In this document: one piece after another, positions 47,159 through 49,473 of the stretch
How positions within the stretch are numbered: position 1 is the first letter of the stretch
Layout: the number at the start of each line of letters is the position of its first letter
NCBI GenBank assembly: GCA_032718475.1
Contig: JAUCBJ010007733.1
Location: 1 to 49,473, forward strand
Reading direction: 5' to 3'
Source of the DNA: Nemertoderma westbladi
Taxonomy: Eukaryota; Animalia; Xenacoelomorpha
Length of the DNA: 49,473 nt
Made by a program: the position numbers and the translations under genes
The notes under the pieces: generated by a model
The model's database searches: none
What the model was told of the DNA's origin: nothing
Seen by the model: the letters and a program-made list of their open reading frames with translations, nothing else

Positions 47159-48414
47159 TTTTTGGTAAATGATATATTTCTAATTGAGTAAATGAGATAA
47201 ATTAATGATATATTTATCAGAGTAAATGATACGTTAACTAATCAAATTTACAGTATATATTCCTACTGTAGTTAAAAATCTGCAGTTGTACAGCAACTTG
47301 GGGGTGGGGTTTAAGCACGGTACTAGAGGTACTACAAGTACAGGTAGTACCAACAAACTGCGGTACTAAAATTTATTCAAATGTTTCTTCTAGAGTTACA
47401 CAAGTACAATAGGAATAGTTTGTTAATTAAAAATAATCTCGCAAAATTACCCAGAAATAAGAATTAATAAGAATAAATAACACAAAAATTATAACTCGTT
47501 TGAGACCAATTCACAAGTAAGCTTTGTTCTGCCCAATCTTCGTCTGCAGATAAAACTCCACCCTCATATTGAGATACTTTCGCCCGGGTGCCCAGAAGCC
47601 ATCATCGGCCATTTAATAATTACAACTTTATTCAGTTATTGGGTTGCTGTTTATTACCAATATAGAAACTGTAACCTGCGCTATTGACTGCCGTTTAATA
47701 TTTTGGTTAGAATAACATGCCACTGTAACCTGCCCGGGTTGGTTGGATCATCGACCGCTACTTATAATTACGAGGTAGGGGCTGGTTACAAAGGTATGTA
47801 TTGATTATAACCAAAACAATACACGGAAGTCAGAGCACAGGTTACAATCATAATCAGCTACACAACTATTTAAATTATTGTAAATAATGCCCTTGATGCG
47901 TACCCTAATATATTATTAACAGAGGGGTTATTTTTAAATAAAATGGATTGTTCTTAAAATATACGTTTAATAGAAAAAGCAAATGACATAATAGCCTAAA
48001 AACGTTATGTTTTACACCTACTTTTTAGACAGTGTATTGTATAATTTAATTTAAATATAATATGCTGAATCCACCACTGAAGTAAATTAATACTTATACT
48101 AAAACACACAGTACATAGGCCTACTACTAAATGTCCGGTTTGAGTATTTATTATTATTACTGTATTATTATTGATTAATAATTATAGTTTATATGCAAAG
48201 AATATTGTGGTGGGAATGTTAAAAACGAACACTACACTGAAAACAATACCGTAGTGGCCATGGGATCCCCTTCTAAAACTCAATAATTTCGAAATTATAA
48301 CACAATGCAAAAATTTACTTTCTCGTCGGATTGGCATCGCATGAAGGGAAGGTGGGCCTACACTTTCCATTAATAGGCCAGGTGAACGCATTGATGTACT
48401 GTAGTTATATCAAA

Positions 48415-48990
48415 GGCCTACTGTATGGGCATAAACATCCTAGACAAGGAATTCAGACTCCTTGGTGTACTGGCTTGGGGTTCACATTGCTTCAGGACCT
48501 TCTCCGGTCTCCCTTCCCCACCTGCTCCACCCCTGCTGACCCATTTGGGACCACCACGTTGGCTGTGGCGGCGAGCTGGCGAGGGAGACAGGATTAGCGG
48601 TCATGATTCCCTCCGGAATGATATCTTCCAGTCAGCCCAATAGGCTGCTCTAGCGCCCCGGAGTGAAGTCGCCCTGCCGACGTGTACTGTACCTCCCAAA
48701 TAGGAAGAGGGGTCAGCCCATGGGCCTGGACGTCATCGTTATCTCGCCAATCCCCCCCCCCCCCCCCCCCCCCAATCCAATCCAATCCAATGGGATTCCC
48801 ATTCCAATGCCATGCTTCAGGAAATCGCGCATCTGCAGAGCCTGCTGGCTCATTCCCGTGTCCGACTCAGTCAAGCACTTATATTGCAACGCTTGTCTGT
48901 GTCCTTGTGGCGTGGGAATGCCGCAATGTCGCTCCGCAGAAGCTCCCTCTGTGGCACGGAATCCAGTTAGGTGAGACATCCAACCATTGG
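48415..48990 (+). mobile_element. Duplicate of the CRE-like non-LTR remnant, with an internal deletion
   Basis: Matches 20215-20900 but lacks most of 20590-20745 and retains a short stretch (LWRGNA-like) missing from the first copy. Confidence 0.75.
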
Positions 48991-49473
48991 GATACCTACT
49001 GGGATCCATCCGCATAGCAATCTAACTAGGCCTAAAGTATATTTATTTTATCTAAGGTGCATGCCAATACTTTGTTAACCATCTATCAGTTACTAATTTT
49101 GTTGATTTTCTTTATATATGATATATACAGATACAGTATATCATATCATATGATATACAGTATATACTGTATATGATTCATGTAAAAAAGTTACATCATG
49201 AGTTTTTGGAAGGAAATTCTGTCGGCCTCGGAAGGCTGCGTTTGCTTGGTACCGGTTCGAACCGGTACTATAGCGGTACCGAAAACGAAAATTGTCTTGC
49301 CAGTACAGAACATTGATTCATAGCCAAGCCCTCATTGGTCTACCCAACCAGCCACCAATTAGCACGTAAGATATCGGATAATAAATTACTTTTGGGACGT
49401 AAATTGTGTGAAATTATCGGATAGTATTAATTAACCCCGATCAGACGATGCGACTGGAACTTATTTCCCATAT

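Larger units (their letters stand above)
45589..49473 (+). repeat. Segmental duplication copy B (insertion-free; runs off the window)
   Basis: Matches 17389-21147 + 31886-32094 + 38947-38970 colinearly. Confidence 0.97.

Overview
Eukaryotic (probably invertebrate animal) repeat-dense DNA. Host content is a minus-strand tandem array of four intronless Rac-family GTPase copies: two intact but atypical (42631-43215, 46580-47158), one nonsense pseudogene (18388-18969) and one 5'-truncated copy (39132-39489). The array involves a segmental duplication (17389-38970 versus 45589-49473). The first duplicate is inflated by a ~10.7 kb block and a Gypsy element; the second keeps both empty sites. Mobile DNA makes up most of the rest: several BEL/Pao LTR retrotransposons (one bounded gag-protease-only element at 21423-29396), a Mag-like Gypsy (32095-38941) carrying a nested RTE-like LINE, CRE-like non-LTR remnants, a Foldback-type element, a palindromic MITE and single hAT- and piggyBac-like ends. 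Two signals stand out. (1) A BEL element has no tRNA primer-binding site; its PBS position is instead complementary to the loop of a hairpin in its own LTR, and a second, sequence-divergent LTR has an analogous hairpin (candidate self-priming). (2) The Rac paralogues have concentrated changes in the P-loop and switch I. All alignments were done by eye; no database search was run.
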